This document shows, piece by piece, positions 8,308 to 18,028 of a stretch of 32,000 bases of DNA. The translations under genes were made by a program, and so were the position numbers. The notes under the pieces are model-generated. The model was not told the DNA's origin, made no database searches, and saw only the letters and a list, made by a program, of their open reading frames with translations. The stretch comes from Promethearchaeum syntrophicum. GTDB taxonomy: Archaea; Asgardarchaeota; Lokiarchaeia; Sigyniarchaeales; Promethearchaeaceae. Location of the stretch: NCBI RefSeq assembly GCF_008000775.2, contig NZ_CP042905.2, forward strand, positions 1,200,001 through 1,232,000. Direction: 5' to 3'. Position 1 is the first letter of the stretch; the number at the start of each line of letters is the position of its first letter.

Positions 8308-8589
8308 CTTTGGATCGGGGCAACATGGCTCATCTGGAGTGTACTCTAATTCAACTTGCCTGCGAGTATTTCCATGGCTGTGATTATTCGAAATAAATAC
8401 ATTTTTTCGTTTTTTAATTAAAAATCACTCCTTTGTCTGCTGAATTTCCATTCACACATTTCTAATATAAATCATGTTATTAAATTTATCGGCAAAAATA
8501 AGAAAAAATTGATCGGAAGAAGAAATTTAGCATCAATTATCTTTCTATAGATTAAATTATATTAATCATAAAATCAATTATATTAATAA

Positions 8590-9675
<1,086 letters not shown>

Positions 9676-9809
9676 GAAGTGAAAAGAATTCGCTTTGACC
9701 TTTTTTCAATTTTTTCATTTATTAATTAAAATTTTTTAATAGAATTTTGTGGTAATTTAGATATTATTCATAACATTAAATTTAAATTCACAAAGAAAAA
9801 TGTTTTGAT

Positions 9810-11903
9810 ATGGAAGTGCTTATCAGTTTCATAATAAAAAATCTTGAAGGCTATACCGATCGGAAAATTCAGAAAGATTTTCCTGAAGATATGCTTTTTA
9901 TCGAGGTATTAAATGAAATCCTAAAAATAATAAATGGTAATATCACTTTGGACAAAATTTCAGTGATTTCAGCGATGAAAGGTCTATTTTCCTATGAAGA
10001 TGCTCGAAAAACTGTAAAAGAAATTGTTGCTATGCATTTATTTGAATTTACAATTACGAAGAGAGATTTAGTTAACGGACCCAACTTGATGTTAAAAGAA
10101 ATAACCTCAACCCAACCTGAAGAAGATTCTTCAAAAGGAATGCAATATGGATACTTAAAACCTAAAATTGAATCCAAACCAACTCCTCAACCAGATTTTA
10201 TTCAAGAACCAGTTCACATTCAAGAACTTGTTCCAGAACCAACTCAAGAAATTAAATCTCTTGAGTCTGAAATTATTGGTGAAAAATTAAGTGATATAGG
10301 TGCAATCGGAGGAAAAAAAGACACATCAGAAGTAGAATTGTTTTTTGCTGAAAAGAAAGAAAGAAAAAAGGTAAAAAATGAAATATTAGATGCAAAAGAA
10401 GCAATAGATAGAATGGATGATATGTTAAAAGAATCACCAGTAGAAGATCTGCTTTATAAAGCAAAGAAAGAAACTAAATTAACCGTTGATGATAGTTTAG
10501 AAGATAAATTAAAAAAGTCAGAAGAAAAAGATTTGAAATTATCCACTCATGCTCCTTCTGCTCCCGCAAGTCCACCTGCTAGTCCGCCTAAATCTCTCCC
10601 CCTATCGTCTGGATCTGCTCCACCACCACCTGGATCTGCGCCTAAATCACCTCAAACCCTTCGTGGTGGAATGACAGAAGAATTAAAAACTTTATTCTCA
10701 AAAACGAAGGAAGAGGAAACGGTTGAACCTCCTGCGGAACCTGCTGCTGATCTTTTTGCTCGTCATCATATGTCAAAAAGGAAACCTAAGTTATCTACTG
10801 AATCTGTTTCTGAATCTGCTCCTGAACGACGACGTGACTCATCAAAACCTTCACCTAAAAAATCTTTTCCTCCTCCCTCTCCGTCACCTCCTCCTCCTTC
10901 TCCAGAACCTGCTGTTACATCAGCAAGCTCTCAACCATTTTCAATTAAGCAAAAAAAGAAAGGTAAAAAAATGGGAGCAAGAATGAGGTCTTTAGCTGTT
11001 AAAACTGAAGAAGTTGAAGAGACTGCTATCAGTTTAGGTGAAAAAATTAAGGAAAAGAAAATCGCGGATGATTTTGATAATGATTTTGGAGCTGTAGAAG
11101 AAAGAGAAGAAGAAGTGTTAGAAAATTTCATGGAAACAAAGGTTCCAACAGAATTCCCTCCGTCTCAAGAATCTACAATATTGCCTGAAATGGCCGGATT
11201 AGCTAAAGAAATTGAGACTTCAAAGGAATATCAAAAAAATATCGCAATTGAATATTTTGATAAAATGAACCCAAAGAAATATTACCCTCTTCTTATCGAT
11301 ATCTCAGATTTAGAGCAAGCAACCACTATTAGCGAGGAAAATATCCTCACTGGAGAACGAAAGGTTCAGGTAAAAGAAACAATGGCTGTTGTTCTTAAAA
11401 GTAGTATTGTTAAAGTCAAACCGATGTTCCCCGGATGTAGCATTGTCCCCGAAGAAAGATATACTGACCTTGATGAGAAAGAAGATAAACTGACTTTTTA
11501 CGTTACTCCACTTGTGGATGATGAAATTGAAGCAGGTCGGATTGAATTTATCGATAGTGAAGGAAACATATTCCATTCTGCTCCCACACCAACAAAAGTC
11601 GAAGATCCTAGATATGCAAGGGTAATTGCATTATATGGTGGTCTAGCAAGTTTTCTTCCTAAAATTTTAGAGGGTTTAGGTTTTAGCTTTACCGAAGATA
11701 CGAATATAGCCACTCTCCTTCCATTTTTGCAATCAGTTCTTGGTGATATGAATCTTTCCAATTTTATCGGAATATCTGGAATACTAATCACAATTATCAT
11801 TTGCATAATCACTGTGATAGTTAGAAAACCGAATTCGGTTAAGAAAAAGTTTAAAGTCGCGCGAGTTGGTAGGTTAAAATCCGCAACTAAGGCGGTAAAG
11901 TAG
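9810..11903 (+). CDS. tail-anchored, largely disordered proline-rich protein of unknown function
   Basis: Small N-terminal globular region. EPVHIQELVPEPT spacer motif at nt 10203-10250. K/E-rich coiled-coil-like segment. Pro-rich block 1 APSAPASPPASPPKSLPLSSGSAPPPPGSAPKSP (nt ~10551-10650). Pro-rich block 2 FPPPSPSPPPPSPEP (nt ~10861-10915). Beta-rich C-terminal domain. A single C-terminal TM span FIGISGILITIIICIITVIV (nt ~11763-11822) is followed by a basic tail. Confidence 0.7.
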   Translation: MEVLISFIIKNLEGYTDRKIQKDFPEDMLFIEVLNEILKIINGNITLDKISVISAMKGLFSYEDARKTVKEIVAMHLFEFTITKRDLVNGPNLMLKEITSTQPEEDSSKGMQYGYLKPKIESKPTPQPDFIQEPVHIQELVPEPTQEIKSLESEIIGEKLSDIGAIGGKKDTSEVELFFAEKKERKKVKNEILDAKEAIDRMDDMLKESPVEDLLYKAKKETKLTVDDSLEDKLKKSEEKDLKLSTHAPSAPASPPASPPKSLPLSSGSAPPPPGSAPKSPQTLRGGMTEELKTLFSKTKEEETVEPPAEPAADLFARHHMSKRKPKLSTESVSESAPERRRDSSKPSPKKSFPPPSPSPPPPSPEPAVTSASSQPFSIKQKKKGKKMGARMRSLAVKTEEVEETAISLGEKIKEKKIADDFDNDFGAVEEREEEVLENFMETKVPTEFPPSQESTILPEMAGLAKEIETSKEYQKNIAIEYFDKMNPKKYYPLLIDISDLEQATTISEENILTGERKVQVKETMAVVLKSSIVKVKPMFPGCSIVPEERYTDLDEKEDKLTFYVTPLVDDEIEAGRIEFIDSEGNIFHSAPTPTKVEDPRYARVIALYGGLASFLPKILEGLGFSFTEDTNIATLLPFLQSVLGDMNLSNFIGISGILITIIICIITVIVRKPNSVKKKFKVARVGRLKSATKAVK

Positions 11904-11942
11904 AAAAAAGATATTTTTTTACCTGATATATATTTACAAAAG

Positions 11943-11960
11943 TTTTTTTTCCTTTTTTTT
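11943..11960 (+). terminator. T8-CC-T8 tract downstream of the 697-aa gene
   Basis: TTTTTTTTCCTTTTTTTT lies about 40 nt after the stop at 11901-11903, in a convergent intergenic region. This is an archaeal oligo-T terminator type. Confidence 0.4.
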
Positions 11961-12065
11961 CGAGTTCATCTAATATCTGTAAAATGATAAAAAATTGATA
12001 TAAGAGGATTATTGAAAGATAATAATGAAAAAATGAAATTTATTTAATGTTTAATGAGATTTCTA

Positions 12066-12251
12066 TTAATCTTTATCCCATGACCATTCTATTCCACACT
12101 TACCACAGATATATTTTTTTGCAAAAATTACTGGATAATCCATTATCTGATGAGTTTTGTCATCTACTTCTCTAATCATATTCCGGGTATAATTTCCACA
12201 CTTTGGGCACTCTAATCGAGAGCCTCCTTTCTGAACAAATTTTTCGCTCAT
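12066..12251 (-). CDS. stand-alone zinc-ribbon protein, paralog of the gelsolin protein's C-terminal domain
   Basis: CPKCGN ...30 aa... CGKCGIEW. It shares 33 identical positions of 56 in my ungapped hand alignment with aa 295-354 of the 8611-9675 product (VQKG..RL.CP.CGN....MIREV.D.T...MDYP.I..KKYICG.CG.EW). Confidence 0.75.
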   Translation of the reverse strand: MSEKFVQKGGSRLECPKCGNYTRNMIREVDDKTHQIMDYPVIFAKKYICGKCGIEWSWDKD

Positions 12252-12447
12252 TCAATTTTCACTTACTTATATTTTTACTTTTTTTTTCCTCTAAAACTCA
12301 TTGGTATTCCATTTTAGGGAGGATCATTTATTTTAGGTTTTAATGACCTATTAATGTTTAAGAAAAGCAATTGAAGAAAGAGAGAAAAAAATTGTAATTA
12401 TTATAAATTTTTTCTAGTGAGATTGGAATATTTTGGAGATTTTTTTA

Positions 12448-13002
12448 TTAGTTTGGTTTTTGAATTTCAATGTGGTAGATTCTTTCTATTTCCGGATGAA
12501 TTGAACCTCCCACAACACAAGTTTTTTTAGCTTTTTCTGCGATTTTTTCAATTTTTTCCATTGGTTCTTCTGTAATTAGCTTGGATGTAATTACAAATGA
12601 TTTTACACGGGCTGGAATAATGCCAAGGCTATATCTACGATCAATTAATGCGGAGATATGGACGCGAACATCCTTTACATTAAGGTTATATGCTGTGATA
12701 TAAAATAACCAATTAGTTTCCAGACAGCTTGCAAAAGCGCTGATTAACATTTGAACAGCATTCATGGCCGTGTTATCACCCGCTATACTTAAAGGTTCAT
12801 CAAGTTTTGCGGAATGCTCACCGGCTATAACACTCAATTGAAAATTTTCGATTTGAGTAGATGTAACTTCATATTTAGTTTCAAAGGGGGTAGAATCTAT
12901 GGTTTTATTGAGTCGGTCTGAGTGGTTTATTTCGTTATGAATTTTTTTAAGTTCAGTGAAATTCTTTTTCATCTTGGCAATTCTGGCAGATTCGATTAGC
13001 AT
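12448..13002 (-). CDS. OsmC/Ohr-family (OsmC-like) protein
   Basis: LSVIAGEHSAKLDEPLSIAGDNTAMNAVQMLISAFASC matches the OsmC core (..DEP...GG....P.ELLLAALA.C). The second conserved Cys context is KKTCVVGGSI. The true start may be an internal Met. Confidence 0.65.
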   Translation of the reverse strand: MLIESARIAKMKKNFTELKKIHNEINHSDRLNKTIDSTPFETKYEVTSTQIENFQLSVIAGEHSAKLDEPLSIAGDNTAMNAVQMLISAFASCLETNWLFYITAYNLNVKDVRVHISALIDRRYSLGIIPARVKSFVITSKLITEEPMEKIEKIAEKAKKTCVVGGSIHPEIERIYHIEIQKPN

Positions 13003-13144
13003 ATTAATTGATTAGATTAAAGTAGCATAAAATTTAAAGTTCAAAGGTTTTTTAAAAGAAAACATCAGAAATGTAAAATAAACCTTAAATTTTCTCTAGT
13101 TATTCAAGAACTTGAAATGAATTAAATTAAGGAGTGATTAAAAA

Positions 13145-13372
13145 ATGGTTGAAATAAATTTGGATATAACTAATAAAGTATGCCCTTTTTGTTTGTTGTT
13201 AGTGAAAAAGAAGCTAGCACCCATGATGAAAAATGATATTCTAATTGTGAAATGTGATCATCCGCCAGCAGCCACTGACACAATTCCATATGCTATGAAA
13301 AAAGCTCATTATCCTTGCGAATCAAAACTGTTGGAAAGCGGATTATGGGAGTTAAAAATAACCAAAAAATAG
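13145..13372 (+). CDS. TusA/SirA-like sulfur-carrier family protein
   Basis: LDITNKVCPFCLLLVKKKLAPMMKNDILIVKCDHPPAATDTIPYAMKK resembles TusA LDARGLRCPEPVMMVRKTV...LLIIADDPATTRDIP, including the conserved Cys-Pro. A GGAG-type SD is present (aaggagtgattaaaaaATG). Confidence 0.6.
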   Translation: MVEINLDITNKVCPFCLLLVKKKLAPMMKNDILIVKCDHPPAATDTIPYAMKKAHYPCESKLLESGLWELKITKK

Positions 13373-13383
13373 AGAATAATGAA

Positions 13384-14289
13384 TTAATTAAAATCAAAAA
13401 ATAGTTTTAGTCCTTCACTTTGAATAAAACCAAAGTTTTTAATAAGAAGATTGAGAAGTTCTAATAATTCTTGACCGCGTTGCAGCGTTTTCTCGTCTGT
13501 TTTAATATATTTATATTTTGGGGTTCCTGCTCTGGCTTTTTTTCTTAGAAATAGTTGATTTATTATTTCCTCCAATGTTATGCCTTTCACGGTAGACTTC
13601 GTATCGAAAAATAATGAGAAGATCACTTCTTTTTCCAGATCATTTTCCACAAGTGCATTTATTATCATTTGAATGCGATTTAATAAAACAGTTTTTTGAA
13701 GTAATGCTTCTTTTCGTTTTTTTTCGATAACGGTTATTTCCTTTTCAACAGTATGCAGTTGTTGCCCTAATGCTTTTAAGGAAAAATTTAACTGCGTATA
13801 ATCCATTCTAGATCGGGAGGAAGAGGTAATGGCTGTTTTCGGATCATGATTTAAAACATCCATCGCGTCTGCTAAATCTGATGGAGTATTTTCGCACTGC
13901 AAGGAGAAATAATTTGGAGTTAAATCAATTTTGGAAAAAATTGCAATTTGATTAGAGATCTGGTAATATTGTTTTTTCTGATCGGTTTGAGAAAGTGATA
14001 TTTCAATAATTCCAAATTCAACCAGCTTATCTAAATGTTTTTTAATAGCTTGCTTAGAAACTCCAAGATCAATTGCAAGATCGGAAGCGAACCTTGGAAA
14101 TTTGGAAAGTTTGGAAAGAATTTTTCTTCTAATATCGTTACCAATTAATTCAAAAAACATTTCATCATTAAACGACCCATCATTTCTTAACATCTTCTCT
14201 CTCCTTCCCGGAAATACCATTGGGACAGTTGAGGTTGGTTCTAGTTTTTTTTTATTCTTTTTTATTTCCACTTCTCTTTTCTTAGCCAT
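13384..14289 (-). CDS. ArsR-type winged-helix transcription regulator with long coiled-coil C-terminal extension (Phr-like architecture)
   Basis: The wHTH region IGNDIRRKILSKLSKFPRFASDLAIDLGVSKQAIKKHLDKLVEFGIIE fits the ArsR pattern. The C-terminal half (QLHTVEKEITVIEKKRKEALLQKTVLLNRIQMIINAL) looks coiled-coil. Confidence 0.7.
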   Translation of the reverse strand: MAKKREVEIKKNKKKLEPTSTVPMVFPGRREKMLRNDGSFNDEMFFELIGNDIRRKILSKLSKFPRFASDLAIDLGVSKQAIKKHLDKLVEFGIIEISLSQTDQKKQYYQISNQIAIFSKIDLTPNYFSLQCENTPSDLADAMDVLNHDPKTAITSSSRSRMDYTQLNFSLKALGQQLHTVEKEITVIEKKRKEALLQKTVLLNRIQMIINALVENDLEKEVIFSLFFDTKSTVKGITLEEIINQLFLRKKARAGTPKYKYIKTDEKTLQRGQELLELLNLLIKNFGFIQSEGLKLFFDFN

Positions 14290-14329
14290 ATTGTTGACCT
14301 GAATTTGTCTGTTGAAATTAATTTTCTAT

Positions 14330-16558
14330 TTACATATATAAATCCTTTGAAAGTGCACCGTCTAGTTTTTGATATGCCTTCTCAGAACGCTTAGATGATT
14401 TAATTACAGAATTAATCGCTGTATCAAAATGAGTTTTTTTGATTTTCACAGAGTCTTTATCATCATCAGAAATATCCTTGAAATCTCCCTTTGAAATATA
14501 ATCTCGTATAGCAGCTTGAACTGATTCTTTGCATAAGGATTCAATATCTGCTCCTGTTTTTCCTTCCATATCAGATGCTAATGATTTTATATTCACATCA
14601 TTATCTAATGGAAGTCCTCGTAAGTGAATATTAAATATTTTTTCCCGTACTTCAATATTTGGTAAGCCGATTTCAATTTGTTTTTCGAATCTTCCTGCGC
14701 GAATCAGAGCAGGGTCAAGAATGTCAGGACGATTAGTTGCTGCAACTAAAACAACATCTTTTAAACTATTTAATCCATCGATTTCAGTCAGTAATTGGGA
14801 AACAATTCGTTCGGTAACTTGATTACCGCTATTTTTACTTCCCCCTCTTGCTGGTGCTATTGCATCTAATTCATCCATAAAAATAATACAAGGTGCTGCA
14901 GTTCTGGCTTTATGAAATGTCTCTCTGACTTTTTTTTCACTTTCTCCCACCCATTTGGAGAGAAATTCAGGACCTCTGACGGATATAAAATTAATTTCGG
15001 ATTCATGAGCTAAAGCTTTGGCTAAAAGCGTTTTTCCTGTTCCGGGTAATCCATATAGTAAAATACCTTTTACAGGTTTGGCATTTAAAAATTTGTGAAT
15101 ATTCGGAAATTTTAATGGCCATTCGACTGCCTCTTGTAACGCTTGTTTTGCATCATTTAAACCTCCAACATCATTCCAAGTTTCTACTGGAGTAGATATT
15201 AGGACTTCTCGTAATGCAGAGGGTTCGATATTCGCTAAAGCACGCTCAAAATCATTCTGGGTTATTATTAATCTTTCTAAAACTTCAGGAGAAATAACCT
15301 CTTCATCTAAATTTATGTCGGGTAGAATTCTACGTAGTGCAATCATTCCTGCTTCTTTGCATAATGCTTGAAGATCTGCACCAACAAATCCATGTGTCTT
15401 TTCTGAGAGGAATTTCAAGTTTACATCATCCCCAACTGCCATTCCTCGTGTATGAATCTGTAAAATTTCAAGACGCCCGCTTTTATTAGGAACACCAATC
15501 TCTAATTCACGATCAAACCTTCCGGGTCTTCTTAGAGCTTCATCTAGTGCATTTATTCGATTTGTAGCACCGATAACAACCACATTTTCTCTTGCATCTA
15601 ATCCGTCCATGAGAGATAATAATTGTGCAACTACTCGACGTTCTACTTCCCCTTGAACTTCTTCGCGTTTTGGGCTAATGCTATCTATTTCATCAATGAA
15701 AATTATTGCTGGTGCATTTTCTTGTGCTTCTTTAAAAACTCTACGTAAATTCTCTTCTGATTGACCATAAAACTTACTCATTATCTCTGGACCGCTCAGG
15801 GTGATAAAATGCGCATCTGTTTCGTTAGCCACTGCTCTTGCTAATAAAGTTTTGCCCGTTCCTGGAGGACCGTGGAGTAATAATCCTTTTGGTGGTTGAA
15901 TGCCTAATCGATTGAATATTTCTGGATGTCTTAATGGGAGTTCGATCATTTCTCTGGTTTTTTGAATAGCATCTGCAAGACCACCTAAATCTTCATAAGT
16001 TGTTCTTGGAATTACTCTTTCTAGTTCCTTAGTATCTACCGGTCGCTTTAAAATCTCAACTTGTGTGTTTCTGTTAATTTGTACGGCGTCCTTCTTTGGA
16101 GTAAAATTTTTACAAACGAAAAATACAGGACCACTCATTACATCAAAACTGATTAAATCCCCTGCCATGACTACGCGGTTTTCTAACACTTTAGCAAAAA
16201 TATTGGGATTTCTAACATTTATAGGCCTATCTAATGGTGCAAATTGAATAGTTTGAGCGGGATGAACCTCAATTTTCCTAATTAATACCCTTTCATCAAT
16301 GCTAGCTTTTAAATTTAACCTTAAAGAGCCGTCAATTCTGATTATTCCCGAATTTGTATCTTCTGAATAACCATGCATGACCAAGGCAGCAGTTTTTTTA
16401 TTATTTACTGGATTTTTTAATTCTATTCCATCACCAGCGTGAAGATCTAATTCTTTTTGAATTAAAGGATCTAATCTGGCAAAACCTCGACCAGCATCAC
16501 GTCTTCTTGAGTCAGAAATTCTTGCATATACATCTTGATCTTTTTTATCGTGTGGCAT
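14330..16558 (-). CDS. cdc48: Cdc48/VAT/p97-type double-ring AAA+ ATPase
   Basis: Cdc48-N-like start ([25 protein letters not shown]). D1 has Walker A GPPGTGKT and Walker [11 protein letters not shown]2 has GLPGTGKT and IIFMDELDA. The C-terminus ends ...DLYM. I use the ATG at 16558; the listed TTG at 16570 is the alternative. Confidence 0.95.
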   Translation of the reverse strand: MPHDKKDQDVYARISDSRRRDAGRGFARLDPLIQKELDLHAGDGIELKNPVNNKKTAALVMHGYSEDTNSGIIRIDGSLRLNLKASIDERVLIRKIEVHPAQTIQFAPLDRPINVRNPNIFAKVLENRVVMAGDLISFDVMSGPVFFVCKNFTPKKDAVQINRNTQVEILKRPVDTKELERVIPRTTYEDLGGLADAIQKTREMIELPLRHPEIFNRLGIQPPKGLLLHGPPGTGKTLLARAVANETDAHFITLSGPEIMSKFYGQSEENLRRVFKEAQENAPAIIFIDEIDSISPKREEVQGEVERRVVAQLLSLMDGLDARENVVVIGATNRINALDEALRRPGRFDRELEIGVPNKSGRLEILQIHTRGMAVGDDVNLKFLSEKTHGFVGADLQALCKEAGMIALRRILPDINLDEEVISPEVLERLIITQNDFERALANIEPSALREVLISTPVETWNDVGGLNDAKQALQEAVEWPLKFPNIHKFLNAKPVKGILLYGLPGTGKTLLAKALAHESEINFISVRGPEFLSKWVGESEKKVRETFHKARTAAPCIIFMDELDAIAPARGGSKNSGNQVTERIVSQLLTEIDGLNSLKDVVLVAATNRPDILDPALIRAGRFEKQIEIGLPNIEVREKIFNIHLRGLPLDNDVNIKSLASDMEGKTGADIESLCKESVQAAIRDYISKGDFKDISDDDKDSVKIKKTHFDTAINSVIKSSKRSEKAYQKLDGALSKDLYM

Positions 16559-16572
16559 AATATTGTTCAACT

Positions 16573-17229
16573 TTATTTATTTATTTCTATCTTTGTTTTA
16601 GGCGCGCTTTTTATTTTCTTAAGAAAAATTTCGAGAATACCATCTTTAAAAATTGCCCGAGATCGGATTGGATCAATTTCTGATTGTAATTGGATTGTTC
16701 GGTAGTAATGGGATATATTTCTAGTCCCAAGGGCATAGATGTCCACATCCCATGGCGAAGCCCGTAGTTCTATATCATCTTCCTGCATTCCTGGAACTTC
16801 GATGATTATTACTAATTCCTCTTCACTCTGAAAAAAATCAATAAATGGTTTAGAATCTGCTGATTTGTAATAAACATGATTTCTTTCTACATAATCGAGC
16901 GCTTGAAGGAATTCTTTAAGGGCAATTGGATTAACTTCACTCTCATTTTCAACATTGAATCTGTTCTTTGATCCAGGATTATATGAGATATTAAATGCCC
17001 ATGCTCTTTCTCCATGTGGATAAACTCGGTATAAATCCTTTTTTACCTGAATTTCTTCTTCAGTTAAATTTTCCTCCATAATTGGTTCAAAAAGGTAATC
17101 GAATCTTTTGCCGTCTGTTTCATCGTTAAAAATTTTGTTTAGATTATTAGCGATTTTTTCCTTTAATTCTTGACTAACAAAAAATTCCTTAGCATAATTT
17201 TTAGCGTTTTTCCAGCTCCATTCGGGCAT
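16573..17229 (-). CDS. Hsp20/alpha-crystallin-domain protein with long N-terminal extension
   Basis: C-terminal ACD: EELVIIIEVPGMQEDDIELRASPWDVDIYA...RTIQLQSEIDPIRSRAIFKDGILEIFLKK. It carries the A-x-F/Y-x-(N/D)-G-(V/I)-L-x-I signature. Its stop at 16573 abuts the cdc48 start. Confidence 0.75.
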   Translation of the reverse strand: MPEWSWKNAKNYAKEFFVSQELKEKIANNLNKIFNDETDGKRFDYLFEPIMEENLTEEEIQVKKDLYRVYPHGERAWAFNISYNPGSKNRFNVENESEVNPIALKEFLQALDYVERNHVYYKSADSKPFIDFFQSEEELVIIIEVPGMQEDDIELRASPWDVDIYALGTRNISHYYRTIQLQSEIDPIRSRAIFKDGILEIFLKKIKSAPKTKIEINK

Positions 17230-17342
17230 AAGTTTTTCACATTTTAGACAAATTATTATCGAAACTACTTTTTGTTGCTATGTACCAAAATTACCAAAAA
17301 TCATATTTAAATCAATGTAAAAAAATCTTCTTGCATTTTTAA

Positions 17343-17924
17343 TTAATCAATTTGCAATTTCTTTGCTTTTTTTTTGCTTCGCACGATTTTCTCTAATTCA
17401 ATATCTAGAATCCCATTTGAGTATCTAGCTTTAGCGATACTATTATTTACTGGTACTGGTAATTGGATTATTTTATGATGGTGAGGTGTTTTTATTTCAA
17501 TTTCTCTTGAAGCTGCTTGTAATTGGATGTTATGTTTTTTAACACCAGGAAGTTCAATTATTATTTTGAGCTTCTCATCTTCATCAAAGATATCAAAAAA
17601 TATATCTCTAACCACGTTAAGATTATTTCCATTAGAGATTTCTGGTATTTTACTAGGTAAAATTATATCTTTGCGAAATGCTTCTGTATTATTTAAGAAT
17701 GATCGGTTTGAATTTCCAAATTGTGAAAAATTTGATTGGAACTCCATCATATGTTTCTCTAGTTTTTTTAGTAATTCTGGATTTACAGTCTTTCCGTTAA
17801 TTTTTAATTCGGGTTTATCCATCCCGCTATTGTATGTGTATGACATTGAAAAATCCTTAGAATTCTCAATCGACCCTGAATATTCTTCCAATATCTTTCT
17901 TATTATATCAAATAAATTTTCCAT
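17343..17924 (-). CDS. Hsp20/alpha-crystallin-domain protein, paralog of 16573-17229
   Basis: EKLKIIIELPGVKKHNIQLQAASREIEIKT...HKIIQLPVPVNNSIAKARYSNGILDIELEK. I use the ATG at 17924 (MENLFDII); the listed start at 17942 is TTG. Confidence 0.7.
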   Translation of the reverse strand: MENLFDIIRKILEEYSGSIENSKDFSMSYTYNSGMDKPELKINGKTVNPELLKKLEKHMMEFQSNFSQFGNSNRSFLNNTEAFRKDIILPSKIPEISNGNNLNVVRDIFFDIFDEDEKLKIIIELPGVKKHNIQLQAASREIEIKTPHHHKIIQLPVPVNNSIAKARYSNGILDIELEKIVRSKKKAKKLQID

Positions 17925-18028
17925 TTTTTCTCTCTCTCCCAAAAGACAACTTTTAGTTCACTAATATTATAAGAAATTTCGAATATTTAAATGTTTTTAG
18001 TATAAAAATCAGTTTTCATAATAAAAAA

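Noticed and set aside
8308-8424. Calling an N-terminally extended TFB that includes the PCCPDP knuckle.
   Set aside because: No ATG, GTG or TTG exists in that frame between the upstream stop (8425-8427) and 8307, so I cannot define a start. It is reported as a finding instead of a feature.
9992-11812. Six short ORFs overlapping the 697-aa gene: 9992-10177, 10273-10464, 10723-10986, 10931-11131, 11310-11576 and 11498-11812.
   Set aside because: They are shadow ORFs of a long continuous frame, and their sequences are leucine- or serine-rich low complexity.
17925-18000. Phr-type palindromic operator upstream of the first sHsp gene (AAATTTCGAATATTT around 17974-17988).
   Set aside because: Only the central TTCGAA is truly palindromic. 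The arms mismatch, and such AT-rich near-palindromes are expected by chance here.
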